Shown here piece after piece: positions 36,677-45,615 of a stretch of 64,000 nucleotides of DNA (position 1 is its first letter; each line of letters starts with the position of its first letter). The notes below the pieces were generated by a model that searched no databases, was not told where the DNA came from, and saw only the letters and a program-made list of their open reading frames with translations. Source of the stretch: Bdellovibrionales bacterium Ga0074137 (GTDB taxonomy: Bacteria > Bdellovibrionota > Bdellovibrionia > Bdellovibrionales > JAMPXM01); assembly GCA_001464715.1 (NCBI GenBank), contig LNDT01000023.1, positions 12,385 to 76,384 on the forward strand, written 5' to 3'. Made by a program: the position numbers and the translations under genes.

Positions 36677-36826
36677 CTCCGCCGGCGGAGTCGGTGTTCG
36701 GAAGTCACCTTAAGCGTTTTGGCGCGAGTTGATCTGCGGGCTTCCTCCGCCAGCGGAGTCAGCGGTCGCTAAGCCATCCCCGGCGCGCACGCGCGAGCAG
36801 CGTCCAGATTTTCTCCGCCGGCGGAG
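36677..36826. repeat. Three copies of a 14-bp GC-rich palindrome CTCCGCC(G/A)GCGGAG at exact 68-bp spacing
   Basis: Copies at 36677-36690 (perfect), 36745-36758 (one substitution) and 36813-36826 (perfect). Flanking bases are loosely conserved (tYtY...CTCCGCCGGCGGAGtYRG). The sequence between copies is unrelated. Confidence 0.85.
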
Positions 36827-37027
36827 TTGGGCTCTGCGGATGCCCACGACCACCATTGAGCGGTTGATTTTCCTCGGCGTAGGAGCCGCTTTAGCGTCCC
36901 CTCGTTGGTTTTAATAATCATCAATGATTACAGTATCTTATCAAATAGTTCTTGCAGCTGTTTTGCTGTCCGTGCTAAGTGTCCTCATACATCTTTTCGA
37001 TCTCGTTTTGGGGGCAAGTCCGACACC

Positions 37028-38104
37028 ATGCTTTACCATTGGCTCCATTCTTTGTCTGAACAGCACAGTTTCCTCAACGTCTTCCGGTACATCACATTTC
37101 GAGCTTTCATCGCTTTCTTTACCGGATTTTTTCTCTGCCTCTGGATTGGTCCGTGGTTCATTCGTGGACTCGTAAATCGTCAGGTCGGGCAAGCGATCCG
37201 CGACGACGGCCCGCAAACTCACAAGAAAAAAGCAGGGACGCCGACCATGGGGGGCGTTCTCATATTGGTCGGACTTTTGGTGCCGGCACTTTTGTGGGTG
37301 AATGTTCTCCATCCGCTTGTCTGGGCGACGCTGATTGTGACGTTGGGATTTGGCTACATCGGTTACGTCGATGACTCTTTGAAAGTTCGAAAGAAGAACA
37401 CAAAGGGTTTGCCGGGGCGTCTGCGTTTGGCGGCGGAGTTTTTAATTTCAGGATCGGTGATCGCAGCGCTGATTCATTTCACGGATCTTTCGACCATCGT
37501 CAGTGTTCCGTTTTTCAAAACGGTCGCGTTTGATATCGGTTGGGGCTACGTCCTGTTCGGATCGCTTGTTGTGACGGGTTGCGCGAACGCTGTGAATTTG
37601 ACGGATGGTTTGGACGGTCTTGCGATTGTTCCAGTGATTATCGCCTCGGCCACTCTGGGTGTTTTTGCTTACGTCGCGGGAAACGCGGCGATTGCGTCGT
37701 ACTTGCAGATTCCCTTCATTTCAGGAGCAGGAGAACTGGTTCCGCTGGCAGGCGCCATGGTGGCCGCGGGGCTTGGATTTCTTTGGTTCAATACTTATCC
37801 GGCGCAAGTTTTCATGGGCGACATCGGTTCGCTTTCCATCGGTGGTTTCCTTGGAATTTTGGCTGTACTTACGAAAAACGAAATCGTCTTGATCGTTCTG
37901 GGCGGAGTTTTTGTCGTCGAAGCGCTTTCGGTGATCACTCAAGTCATTTCGTTTAAGCTGACAGGGCGGCGAATTTTTAAGATGGCCCCGATTCATCATC
38001 ACTTTGAACTCAAAGGTCTCACTGAGACCAAGATCATTGTTCGCTTCTGGATCATTTCGATTCTGCTGGCGATTTTGAGTCTAGCGACTCTCAAACTTCG
38101 GTAA
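37028..38104 (+). CDS. mraY: Phospho-N-acetylmuramoyl-pentapeptide transferase MraY
   Basis: [27 protein letters not shown] is a typical MraY N-terminus. Also [23 protein letters not shown] and [11 protein letters not shown]. The upstream in-frame extension to 36905 is judged non-coding. Confidence 0.9.
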   Translation: MLYHWLHSLSEQHSFLNVFRYITFRAFIAFFTGFFLCLWIGPWFIRGLVNRQVGQAIRDDGPQTHKKKAGTPTMGGVLILVGLLVPALLWVNVLHPLVWATLIVTLGFGYIGYVDDSLKVRKKNTKGLPGRLRLAAEFLISGSVIAALIHFTDLSTIVSVPFFKTVAFDIGWGYVLFGSLVVTGCANAVNLTDGLDGLAIVPVIIASATLGVFAYVAGNAAIASYLQIPFISGAGELVPLAGAMVAAGLGFLWFNTYPAQVFMGDIGSLSIGGFLGILAVLTKNEIVLIVLGGVFVVEALSVITQVISFKLTGRRIFKMAPIHHHFELKGLTETKIIVRFWIISILLAILSLATLKLR

Positions 38105-38152
38105 TAACTTTTTAATCACGTTCGCTTTTGTAAAGCAGGAGTACTTAAACCC

Positions 38153-39592
38153 ATGGCTCAAACCCCAATGCCCCCATCCAGCGGAACGCCGCCACCATTC
38201 ACAGACTTCAAAGACCTCGAAGGTAAACGCGTTCTCATCGTCGGACTTGCTCGTAGCGGCGTGAGTCTTGCGCACTTCCTCACCGAGTGCGGCGCTCAAG
38301 TCACTATTTCGGATCACAAGTCGAAACCCGAACTAGCGACATCTCTCGAGCAAATCGAAGGTTTGAATGTTCAGTTGGATCTTGGCGGACACAGTCCGAA
38401 AGTTTTCTTGGCACAAGACTGCATTATTCTTTCGCCGGGAGTGCCGCCGAATTTAAAGATCTTCGAGTACGCTCGAACCAATGGCGTTGTCGTCACGGGC
38501 GAATTCGAATTTTCAACCTGGTTCATTAAGCAGCCGATCGTTGCTGTAACAGGAACCAATGGAAAATCGACCACGTGCAAACTCGTCGAGCTTTTCCTCA
38601 AAGAGTCGGGTATCGCAACGTGGCTTGGTGGAAACTTTGGCGATCCGTTGGTTGAGTATCTGCGCCTTGTTAAGGGCGGTGAGAAATTCGATTCGGTCGT
38701 CGCTGAAGTTTCAAGTTTCCAGCTTGAGCACTGCGATCGGTTCACGCCGCAAAATATCGTTTTCACGAACCTCGCCGAAAACCATCAAGATCGCTACAAG
38801 TCGATGGAAGAGTACGTGAATGCGAAACGTCGCATTTTCCAGAACGTGAACCAGGCGACGACATCGATTTTGAACGCCGATGACAATGCAGTCGTTGAGC
38901 TCGCCCGGGATCCAGCTGTTCAGCGTGGACGTATTTTCTACTTCTCTCGTAAACCAGCTCTCGAGCCACAGATCATGTCGATCGGTGGCGCGGTTTGTAT
39001 CAAAGACGAAGTTCGTGTTCGAACGGGACCCGAGATCGAGACGTACTCGATCAAGAACATGAAAATGCGCGGAAAACATTCGATCGACAATATTATGGCG
39101 GCGATTTTGGCGGCCCGCGAGCACGGCGCCAAGCGCGAGTCGATTCAAAAAGTGATCGATACCTACACAGGCATGCCGCATCGTCTTGAGTATGTTCGTC
39201 GTGTCGGCGGCGTTGAATTCTTTAACGATTCAAAAGCCACCAACGTTCACGCCGTTATGCGCGCGTTGGACGCGTTTGATGAAAACATCATCCTCATCAT
39301 GGGTGGAAAAGATACGAATCTTTCCTATGAGCCTTTGCGTGAGATGGTGAAGCGAAAAGTAAAAACGCTGATTCTGGTTGGCGAAGCAAAAGAGCGCATG
39401 AATCGCGATCTTGGAGATTGGTCGGAAACATTTTTGATCGGTACCTTCGAAGAGGCGGTTTTGATCGCTTATCAAAAGTCCCGTATCAGCGATTCGGTAC
39501 TGTTGTCGCCAGGGGCCTCGAGCTTTGACATGTTCGACAGCTACGAAGAGCGCGGGAACTACTTCAAAGAAATCGTTCGCAAGTTCAAATAG
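38153..39592 (+). CDS. murD: UDP-N-acetylmuramoylalanine--D-glutamate ligase MurD
   Basis: Motifs GLARSGVSLAHFL, VTGTNGKSTT, HRLEYV and NDSKATN. Has a Pro-rich N-terminal extension of ~20 aa. Confidence 0.9.
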   Translation: MAQTPMPPSSGTPPPFTDFKDLEGKRVLIVGLARSGVSLAHFLTECGAQVTISDHKSKPELATSLEQIEGLNVQLDLGGHSPKVFLAQDCIILSPGVPPNLKIFEYARTNGVVVTGEFEFSTWFIKQPIVAVTGTNGKSTTCKLVELFLKESGIATWLGGNFGDPLVEYLRLVKGGEKFDSVVAEVSSFQLEHCDRFTPQNIVFTNLAENHQDRYKSMEEYVNAKRRIFQNVNQATTSILNADDNAVVELARDPAVQRGRIFYFSRKPALEPQIMSIGGAVCIKDEVRVRTGPEIETYSIKNMKMRGKHSIDNIMAAILAAREHGAKRESIQKVIDTYTGMPHRLEYVRRVGGVEFFNDSKATNVHAVMRALDAFDENIILIMGGKDTNLSYEPLREMVKRKVKTLILVGEAKERMNRDLGDWSETFLIGTFEEAVLIAYQKSRISDSVLLSPGASSFDMFDSYEERGNYFKEIVRKFK

Positions 39593-39603
39593 CGCCGTCC
39601 ATT

Positions 39604-39713
39604 GATGTTGAGCTTCAGCTCACATGAGGTTGAGCTTCAGCTCACATGAGGTTGAGCTTCAGCTCACATGAGGTTGAGCTTCAGCTCACATGAGGTTGAG
39701 CTTCAGCTCACCT
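39604..39713. repeat. Tandem repeat, 22-bp unit x ~4.8 copies, each unit containing the inverted repeat tgagct-tc-agctca
   Basis: The unit ga(t/g)gttgagcttcagctcacat repeats at 39604, 39626, 39648, 39670 and 39692 (the last ends ...cacct). The period is not a multiple of 3. It lies in the murD-ftsW intergenic region. Confidence 0.95.
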
Positions 39714-39786
39714 TGTGCTGAGCTCGACATTCGTCGGGCTCAAAAAAGCGCGCGACGGCGGTCGTTGAAAAGCCTAAACTACTTCG

Positions 39787-40953
39787 ATGGAATTAGGTCG
39801 CAGTCGCACGGTGACGGGTCTTTGGCTGGCAGCGTTCGCGCTTTTAGGTCTTGGCGTCGTTCAAGTTTATACATCCAGCTACATTTTCGCGATTGAGTCG
39901 CGCGGCGATGGTCTCTTTTTCGTCAAACGACAATTTTTATTCGCTGGGATCTCGTTCACACTGATGGGCCTTGTCGCCTTTACGCCTTGGACTTGGATTG
40001 AAAAATCGGGGTGGCTTTTGTGGCCCATGGCGGGCTTTGGCGTCTTGATGACATTGGTGCCAGGGCTTGGCGTCCGAGCGGGCGGAGCGGCTCGCTGGAT
40101 CAATCTTCCTGGTTCGAATGTCTTTGAGCCGGCAGAGCTTGTGAAAGTGGCGCTTCCGCTTTTTTTGGCGACGCTATTGGCGAGACGAAATTCCGAGAGA
40201 CCTTTCTTTGCTGACCTGGCACCGGGACTTCGCCATGCACTTCTCTTCACTCTGCTGTGCGCGCCGTTTTTACTTTTATTAAAGCAGCCCGACTTTGGAA
40301 CTTTCGCTATCGCCTCTGCGGCAGTTTTTTGTGTTTTGTTCGTCTTTGGTCTTCCTTGGCTTTGGATCATTGCTTCGGCCTCGGTGGCGGCGCCTGCGTT
40401 TTACATTTTGATTATGCAGGTACCTTACCGGCGGTCGCGCGTGTTGGCGTTCCTAGATCCCTGGTCCGTTTCGGACAGTAAAGGTTTTCAAGTTATTCAG
40501 TCGATGTTGAGTCTTCGCACCGGTGGCCTCACGGGCACAGGCCTTGGCGAGGGGCAGGGGAAACTCTTTTTCCTTCCCGAAGCGCACACGGATTTCACTC
40601 TCGCAGTTCTTGGGGAAGAGATGGGGTTCATCGGTGTTGTCGCGATATTGAGTCTTTATGGCTACTGCTTGCTTCGTGCTTTTCAGTTGGCCTCACGGAC
40701 CGAAGACCCTTTTCGACGAGCACTGGCGGCGGGCCTTGCGGCTGTGTTCGGCCTTTCTGTGTTCGTAAATTCCGGCGTCGCGATGGGACTTTTGCCAACG
40801 AAAGGTCTAACGCTTCCGTTTCTTTCCTACGGTGGGAGCTCGGCCGTGATGTCGGGGCTTTTGTTCGGACTTTTACTGGCATTGGAACGACAGGACCGTT
40901 TCGGATTTCAATCGCGTAAAGGATCGGGCCGCCGGGCGCGTGCGTCCGCATGA
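39787..40953 (+). CDS. ftsW: Cell-division SEDS protein FtsW (peptidoglycan glycosyltransferase / lipid II-associated)
   Basis: Polytopic membrane protein with INLPGSNVFEPAELVKVALPLFLA, QPDFGT, PEAHTDFTLAVLGEEMGFIG and LPFLSYGGSS motifs. Canonical position between murD and murG. Confidence 0.88.
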   Translation: MELGRSRTVTGLWLAAFALLGLGVVQVYTSSYIFAIESRGDGLFFVKRQFLFAGISFTLMGLVAFTPWTWIEKSGWLLWPMAGFGVLMTLVPGLGVRAGGAARWINLPGSNVFEPAELVKVALPLFLATLLARRNSERPFFADLAPGLRHALLFTLLCAPFLLLLKQPDFGTFAIASAAVFCVLFVFGLPWLWIIASASVAAPAFYILIMQVPYRRSRVLAFLDPWSVSDSKGFQVIQSMLSLRTGGLTGTGLGEGQGKLFFLPEAHTDFTLAVLGEEMGFIGVVAILSLYGYCLLRAFQLASRTEDPFRRALAAGLAAVFGLSVFVNSGVAMGLLPTKGLTLPFLSYGGSSAVMSGLLFGLLLALERQDRFGFQSRKGSGRRARASA

Positions 40954-42035
40954 GCCGCGTCGTCATTGCCGGGGGCGGTACCGGTGGACACATCTATCCA
41001 GGCCTCGCCGTCGCGCGAGTTCTTCAGAAGCAGGGCCACGATGTGCAGTGGGTGGGGGCTGTTGGTGGACTCGAAGAAAAAATCGTCGTGCGAGAAAATC
41101 TTCCACTTCACTTGATCCGTATCGGAAAACTTCATCACAGTGTCGGTCTTTGGGTGCGTTTAAAAACTCTGTTTGGATTTCCCATAGCTTTTTTCCAAGC
41201 CTTGAGACTTGTGTGGAGTTTAAAACCTGACGCTGTCCTAGGCATCGGCGGATTTGCGTCGGGGCCATTTTTGTTTGTTGCGAGTCTTTTGGGCTGTAGA
41301 ACAGTTATTTGGGAGCCGAATGCGCACGCGGGCCTTGCGAACCGAGTGCTGTCGCGGTGGGTGGATGTTTGCCTTCTCGTTTTTGATGAGGCCGCAAGTG
41401 GTCTCAAAGGAAGAAAAACATATCGCGTGGGGCTTCCCGTACGAACTTCGATGTTACCGGCGACGCGCGAACCGCTGGGCGGTAGAAATTTTAGAATTCT
41501 TGTTTTCGGTGGAAGCCAGGGCGCGCGCGCGATCAATAAAGTCGTGAGCCAGTGGGTTCAGTCGGATCTTTGGCCAGACGATGTCGAGCTTCTTCATCAA
41601 ACGGGATCCTTGGATTTTAAGGAAGTGCAAAAAACTTACGAAGCACTTCACTCCACCGGGCAGCGGCTGAAGGTGCAGTGTGCCGAGTATTTGCACGATA
41701 TGGATGCACGTTACGCCTGGGCGGATGTTGTTCTTTGCCGGGCAGGCGCAAGCACAGTGGCCGAAATTGCAGCCTGTGGCAAAGCGGCCATTTTTATTCC
41801 GTTACCGACTGCCGCCGATGACCATCAGATGAAAAACGCAAGCGTGCTTGAGCGGGCCGGAGCTTCGATCGTCATCGAGCAAAAAAGTTTTTCTGTCGAA
41901 ACGCTTTTAAAAGAAATCCAGCGTCTAAAATCCCAACCTGAATTGGTTGTTCAGCTGGAGTCCTCTGTGCGACACTTCGCCACGTCCGGATCGGCCGAGA
42001 CTATTGCTTCGCACGTTTTGGAGACGCCCGTATGA
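40950..42035 (+). CDS. murG: UDP-N-acetylglucosamine--N-acetylmuramyl-(pentapeptide) pyrophosphoryl-undecaprenol GlcNAc transferase MurG
   Basis: Motifs GGGTGGHIYPGLAVA, FGGSQGA, RAGASTVAEI and DHQMKNA. ATGA overlap with ftsW. Confidence 0.92.
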   Translation: MSRVVIAGGGTGGHIYPGLAVARVLQKQGHDVQWVGAVGGLEEKIVVRENLPLHLIRIGKLHHSVGLWVRLKTLFGFPIAFFQALRLVWSLKPDAVLGIGGFASGPFLFVASLLGCRTVIWEPNAHAGLANRVLSRWVDVCLLVFDEAASGLKGRKTYRVGLPVRTSMLPATREPLGGRNFRILVFGGSQGARAINKVVSQWVQSDLWPDDVELLHQTGSLDFKEVQKTYEALHSTGQRLKVQCAEYLHDMDARYAWADVVLCRAGASTVAEIAACGKAAIFIPLPTAADDHQMKNASVLERAGASIVIEQKSFSVETLLKEIQRLKSQPELVVQLESSVRHFATSGSAETIASHVLETPV

Positions 42036-43525
42036 ACCCCTCATCTCGCCCACTGCCCCCGCGAACTTTGCCGGCACGCACGCTGATGCTGGCGCGAGTT
42101 CACTTTATCGGAATCGGCGGCATTGGCATGTGCGGACTTGCCGAACTTCTGCACAATATGGGTTCGACAGTTTCGGGATCTGATCTGACAGAAAATGCTC
42201 AGGTTGTGCGCCTTCGAGAGATTGGAATTAAAGTCGAGATCGGTCAGCGCCCTGAGAACGTTCGCGGTGCTGAAGTCGTGGTTTATTCGAGCGCCGTGAA
42301 GCCGACCAATCCGGAATATGCCGAAGCTCGCCGCTTAAAAATTCCATTGATCCCTCGAGCGGAATCATTGGCAGAGATCATGCGCCTTAAGCGCGGAGTC
42401 GCTGTCGGCGGATCACACGGTAAGACAACTACGACATCGATGATTGCTGCGATTTTTTTAGAAGCGAGAACGGAGCCGACAATTGTCGTCGGGGGGCGCT
42501 TGGATCTGATCAAGTCGACGGCGGTTCTTGGAACGGGTGATTGGATGATCGCCGAGGCTGATGAAAGCGACGGAAGTTTTTCGAGGCTCAATCCTGAAAT
42601 CGCACTTGTTACAAATATCGACAACGATCACTTGGATCACTACGGAACTTTCGAGCACTTAAAAAAAGCATTTTTTGATTTCGCAAGTCGTGTTCCATTC
42701 TATGGCTCTGCCATTGTGTGTTGGGATGATCCAGTGATCCGCGAAACTTTCGCGCCGTTTGGAAAGCGACTTGTTCGTTATGGATTTAGCGACGACTGCG
42801 ACATTCGGCTCTTAGGAGAAAAAGGCCTCTATCAAGTTTTCGTCTACGGAGAATTGAAAGGGTCCTTTCAACTTCACGTGCCTGGTCGACATAACGCTTT
42901 GAATGCGGCGGCAGCGCTCGCGACGGCTCTTGAAGGCGGAATTGATTTCGAGACCGCGGTGAGAGGGCTTGATCGCTTTCGCGGTGTGGATCGACGCTTT
43001 CAACATAAAGGTGCGGTCGGCGTGATTGATGTCTTCGATGACTACGGCCATCATCCGACGGAAATCGAAGCGGTTTTAAAGGCCTACCGTGAGCGGTACG
43101 GCGATCGCCGTTTGATTGTAGCATTCCAGCCACATCGCTTTACTAGGACGAAACTTTGCTGGGAGCAGTTTCTGACTTGTTTTGCTTTGGCGGACCGTGT
43201 GTTCATCACTGATATTTATGCGGCTGGCGAAGATCCATTGGCAGGTATTGATGCCGTGTCGATGATCGCTGGAATCAAAGCTCAGGACTCAAAGTATATT
43301 CCGTCAGAGGGAGTTACGAGAATTGAAGCCAAGGGCGGCTTAACTCCTATCTTACGCGTGACTGCCGAACTTCTGGCGAAAGAACTCACTTCGAAGGCCC
43401 CAATAAAATCTAAATCTGACGTTGAGGGCGTGAGCCTTTTTACTTTAGGTGCTGGTGATATTTGGAAACTCTCAGGGGAAGTCTTGGATGTGCTGAACCA
43501 AGAGACCAAGGCGAGTCGAAAATGA
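42032..43525 (+). CDS. murC: UDP-N-acetylmuramate--L-alanine ligase MurC
   Basis: Motifs HFIGIGGIGMCGLAELL, GSHGKTTTTSM, EADESDGSF, DDYGHHPTEI and FQPHRFTRT. ATGA overlap with murG. Confidence 0.92.
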   Translation: MNPSSRPLPPRTLPARTLMLARVHFIGIGGIGMCGLAELLHNMGSTVSGSDLTENAQVVRLREIGIKVEIGQRPENVRGAEVVVYSSAVKPTNPEYAEARRLKIPLIPRAESLAEIMRLKRGVAVGGSHGKTTTTSMIAAIFLEARTEPTIVVGGRLDLIKSTAVLGTGDWMIAEADESDGSFSRLNPEIALVTNIDNDHLDHYGTFEHLKKAFFDFASRVPFYGSAIVCWDDPVIRETFAPFGKRLVRYGFSDDCDIRLLGEKGLYQVFVYGELKGSFQLHVPGRHNALNAAAALATALEGGIDFETAVRGLDRFRGVDRRFQHKGAVGVIDVFDDYGHHPTEIEAVLKAYRERYGDRRLIVAFQPHRFTRTKLCWEQFLTCFALADRVFITDIYAAGEDPLAGIDAVSMIAGIKAQDSKYIPSEGVTRIEAKGGLTPILRVTAELLAKELTSKAPIKSKSDVEGVSLFTLGAGDIWKLSGEVLDVLNQETKASRK

Positions 43526-44484
43526 CCGGGACTTCAGGTCATAACACGAACCGCGAAGCCCCCGAACTTCGTGAGAACGTTTCGCTGGCGCCGATCACGT
43601 CGTGGCAGATCGGCGGCATCGCCGACGTCTATGCCGAACCGACAAATGAAGAGCAACTGGAAGCGGCCATAGAAGAGGGCGCAAAGCGTGGCCTACCGAT
43701 AACTATTCTTGGCGGCGGAACGAATGTTCTGATTTCGGATCGTGGTGTGCGGGGATTGGTGATCGGCCTTAGAAAATTCAGCGGCATTAAAACGTCTGAA
43801 GTCGAAGGGCGATTTCAAATTGAAGCTCTGGCCGGGACTTCGAAATCGGAACTTCTAAAAGCGTTTTTGAAAGCGAAGCTTGAGCCAGCGATTTTTTTAG
43901 CGGGCATTCCAGGGGATATCGGCGGCGGCGTCGTGATGAACGCCGGCGTCGGAGAGCAGCTTCGCCCACGTGAGTTCAACGAGATTACGGACGCGATTGA
44001 AGTGTGGCGTTGGCCAACAACTCCTTTGGCCGATATGTCGATATTCAAAGTAGGACGTCAGCGTCTCGAAGCGAAGTCCCTCAACTGGAGTTACCGCCAC
44101 TGCGAAGGTTGGCGGCCGGGGTTAATTTCAAAAGTCTGGCTTTCATGGCCGATGGAGCCCAAAGCCGACGTCTTAGACCGCGTGAAGGCGGCTAACCACA
44201 ATCGCCTCACCAAACAACCGCTCGACATGCCGTCGTGCGGATCGGTGTTCGTAAATCCCGTCGGCGACCGCGCGGGTCGCCTCATCGAAGCTTCGGGCTT
44301 AAAAGGCTTCGCCATCGGCGGAGCAAAAGTCTCAGAAAAACACGCGAACTTTATTGTGAATACCGGCGGCGCCACCGCGCAAGACATGCGCGCCGTGATC
44401 GAACACGTCCGCGCACGAGTAAAAGACCGCCAAGGTGTCGACCTGAAAACCGAAGTCGTCTGGCTAGGCGATTGGACACCCTAA
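43522..44484 (+). CDS. murB: UDP-N-acetylenolpyruvoylglucosamine reductase MurB
   Basis: Motifs LAPITSWQIGG, ILGGGTNVLISD, PSCGSVFVNP and GAKVSEKHANFIVN. ATG 43522 overlaps the murC stop (ATGA). The longer ORF from 43462 is rejected. Confidence 0.88.
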   Translation: MTGTSGHNTNREAPELRENVSLAPITSWQIGGIADVYAEPTNEEQLEAAIEEGAKRGLPITILGGGTNVLISDRGVRGLVIGLRKFSGIKTSEVEGRFQIEALAGTSKSELLKAFLKAKLEPAIFLAGIPGDIGGGVVMNAGVGEQLRPREFNEITDAIEVWRWPTTPLADMSIFKVGRQRLEAKSLNWSYRHCEGWRPGLISKVWLSWPMEPKADVLDRVKAANHNRLTKQPLDMPSCGSVFVNPVGDRAGRLIEASGLKGFAIGGAKVSEKHANFIVNTGGATAQDMRAVIEHVRARVKDRQGVDLKTEVVWLGDWTP

Positions 44485-44619
44485 ACAAAGACAGATCCGG
44501 ATCAGCTCCGGCATGTTGAATACTGTTCCGTAGGCCGAATACTGGAGCCGGTATTCTGCATGCGGTACGGAATGCTGAATTCTGTGTGGGGATTTTAGAA
44601 CTGGACCTCGGGTCTTGTT

Positions 44620-45456
44620 GTGAATTCGTGGGTTCGGCGGTTCAATAGAGATACTTTGAAAGCGAAACTTGGATTCCTTATTCGGCTGAAACCCTTTGCT
44701 CCTCTTGTTCTTGGGGCTTTGCTCCTGCTTGTACTGGCGACAACTTTGTTCGTGTCGCTCAATGAGTCGCGGGTTTTTGCTATTCAGGCGATTCCGCTGG
44801 AGTGGCAGTTGCGGCTCAATGATGGCCGAATGGAAAATGAAATCGCCCGAACAATTGAAGCGGGTATCGGTGCTAAGTTTGGACCCGTTATGGGGCAACG
44901 GCCCTGGGAAATCGATCTCAAAAGTTTGCGCGAATCTATTCAGATCTTGCCATGGATCAAGGAAGCTCGGATTCAACGTGTTTTTCCTGATCGCCTGGTT
45001 GTATCCATTCTTCCTAAGCGCCCATTGGCTGTGATCGTCGCTTCGAAAAGTCCAAAGCTGCTTCAGCCGATTTCTTACGACGGCGAAATTATGCCCCAGT
45101 GGACATCGGGCGTTGTTCCCGACGTTCCTTACTTGCGCGGCGATGTCTTTTTAAAAGACGCCGATCTGCGGGAAAAGGCTGTGGCCTTGATTCGCGCGCT
45201 TCCGCGAGAGGGAATTTTGTCGCGCGCGAACGTTGCGGAAATAAGCTGGGTTTCGGCGGATCCCACATCGAAAGGCTTTTCGATTCTGCTTCTTTCGCCG
45301 CGCACAGAAATTCGTTTGGGCGATTCGGAAATCGAAACGAAGCTCGCGCGCGTCGCCCATGTTTTGAACTATCTTTCGACTCAAGGAAAGAAGGCCCCGG
45401 TGATCGATTCGACTTCGGTCAAGAAAGTTGTTGTCAGGGCGCATCACCGTCCGTAG
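44620..45456 (+). CDS. ftsQ: Cell-division protein FtsQ (POTRA domain)
   Basis: GTG start. N-terminal TM helix FAPLVLGALLLLVLATTLFV. POTRA-like ILPWIKEARIQRVFPDRLVVSI. Canonical position upstream of ftsA. Confidence 0.75.
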   Translation: MNSWVRRFNRDTLKAKLGFLIRLKPFAPLVLGALLLLVLATTLFVSLNESRVFAIQAIPLEWQLRLNDGRMENEIARTIEAGIGAKFGPVMGQRPWEIDLKSLRESIQILPWIKEARIQRVFPDRLVVSILPKRPLAVIVASKSPKLLQPISYDGEIMPQWTSGVVPDVPYLRGDVFLKDADLREKAVALIRALPREGILSRANVAEISWVSADPTSKGFSILLLSPRTEIRLGDSEIETKLARVAHVLNYLSTQGKKAPVIDSTSVKKVVVRAHHRP

Positions 45457-45615
45457 CCTTAGGACGAGGCCAGAAAGATTCTGGCTTTAGTACCAGTTCG
45501 CTGGGGGTTAAGGATGACATACGACCGGACGGCAGATCGTTCAGCCACAAAAATGGCAATGAACGCATCCGGAGGAGCGACTTCGGCAGCGCGCGACACT
45601 CTGCGTGAAAAGCCA

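Noticed and set aside
36677-36826. Possible miniature CRISPR array (regularly spaced repeats with unique spacers)
   Set aside because: The conserved core is only ~14-20 bp and there are only three copies. The repeat is a loop-less perfect palindrome. No cas genes or leader are present in the window.
36223-36914. ORFs 36223-36414(-), 36323-36583(+) and 36729-36914(+) in the murF-mraY spacer
   Set aside because: They are short, Arg/Pro/Ser-rich and lack RBSs. The repeated palindrome falls in different reading frames in successive copies, which indicates DNA-level rather than protein-level conservation.
36905-37027. N-terminal 41-aa extension of mraY (ORF track start at 36905)
   Set aside because: The canonical MraY N-terminus (MLYHWLHSL...[13 protein letters not shown]) begins at ATG 37028. 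The extension is Cys/Ser-rich with no membrane-protein character, and it overlaps AT-rich promoter-like DNA.
39690-39896. 68-aa ORF starting inside the 22-bp tandem repeat
   Set aside because: It is generated by the repeat, and it overlaps the true ftsW start in another frame.
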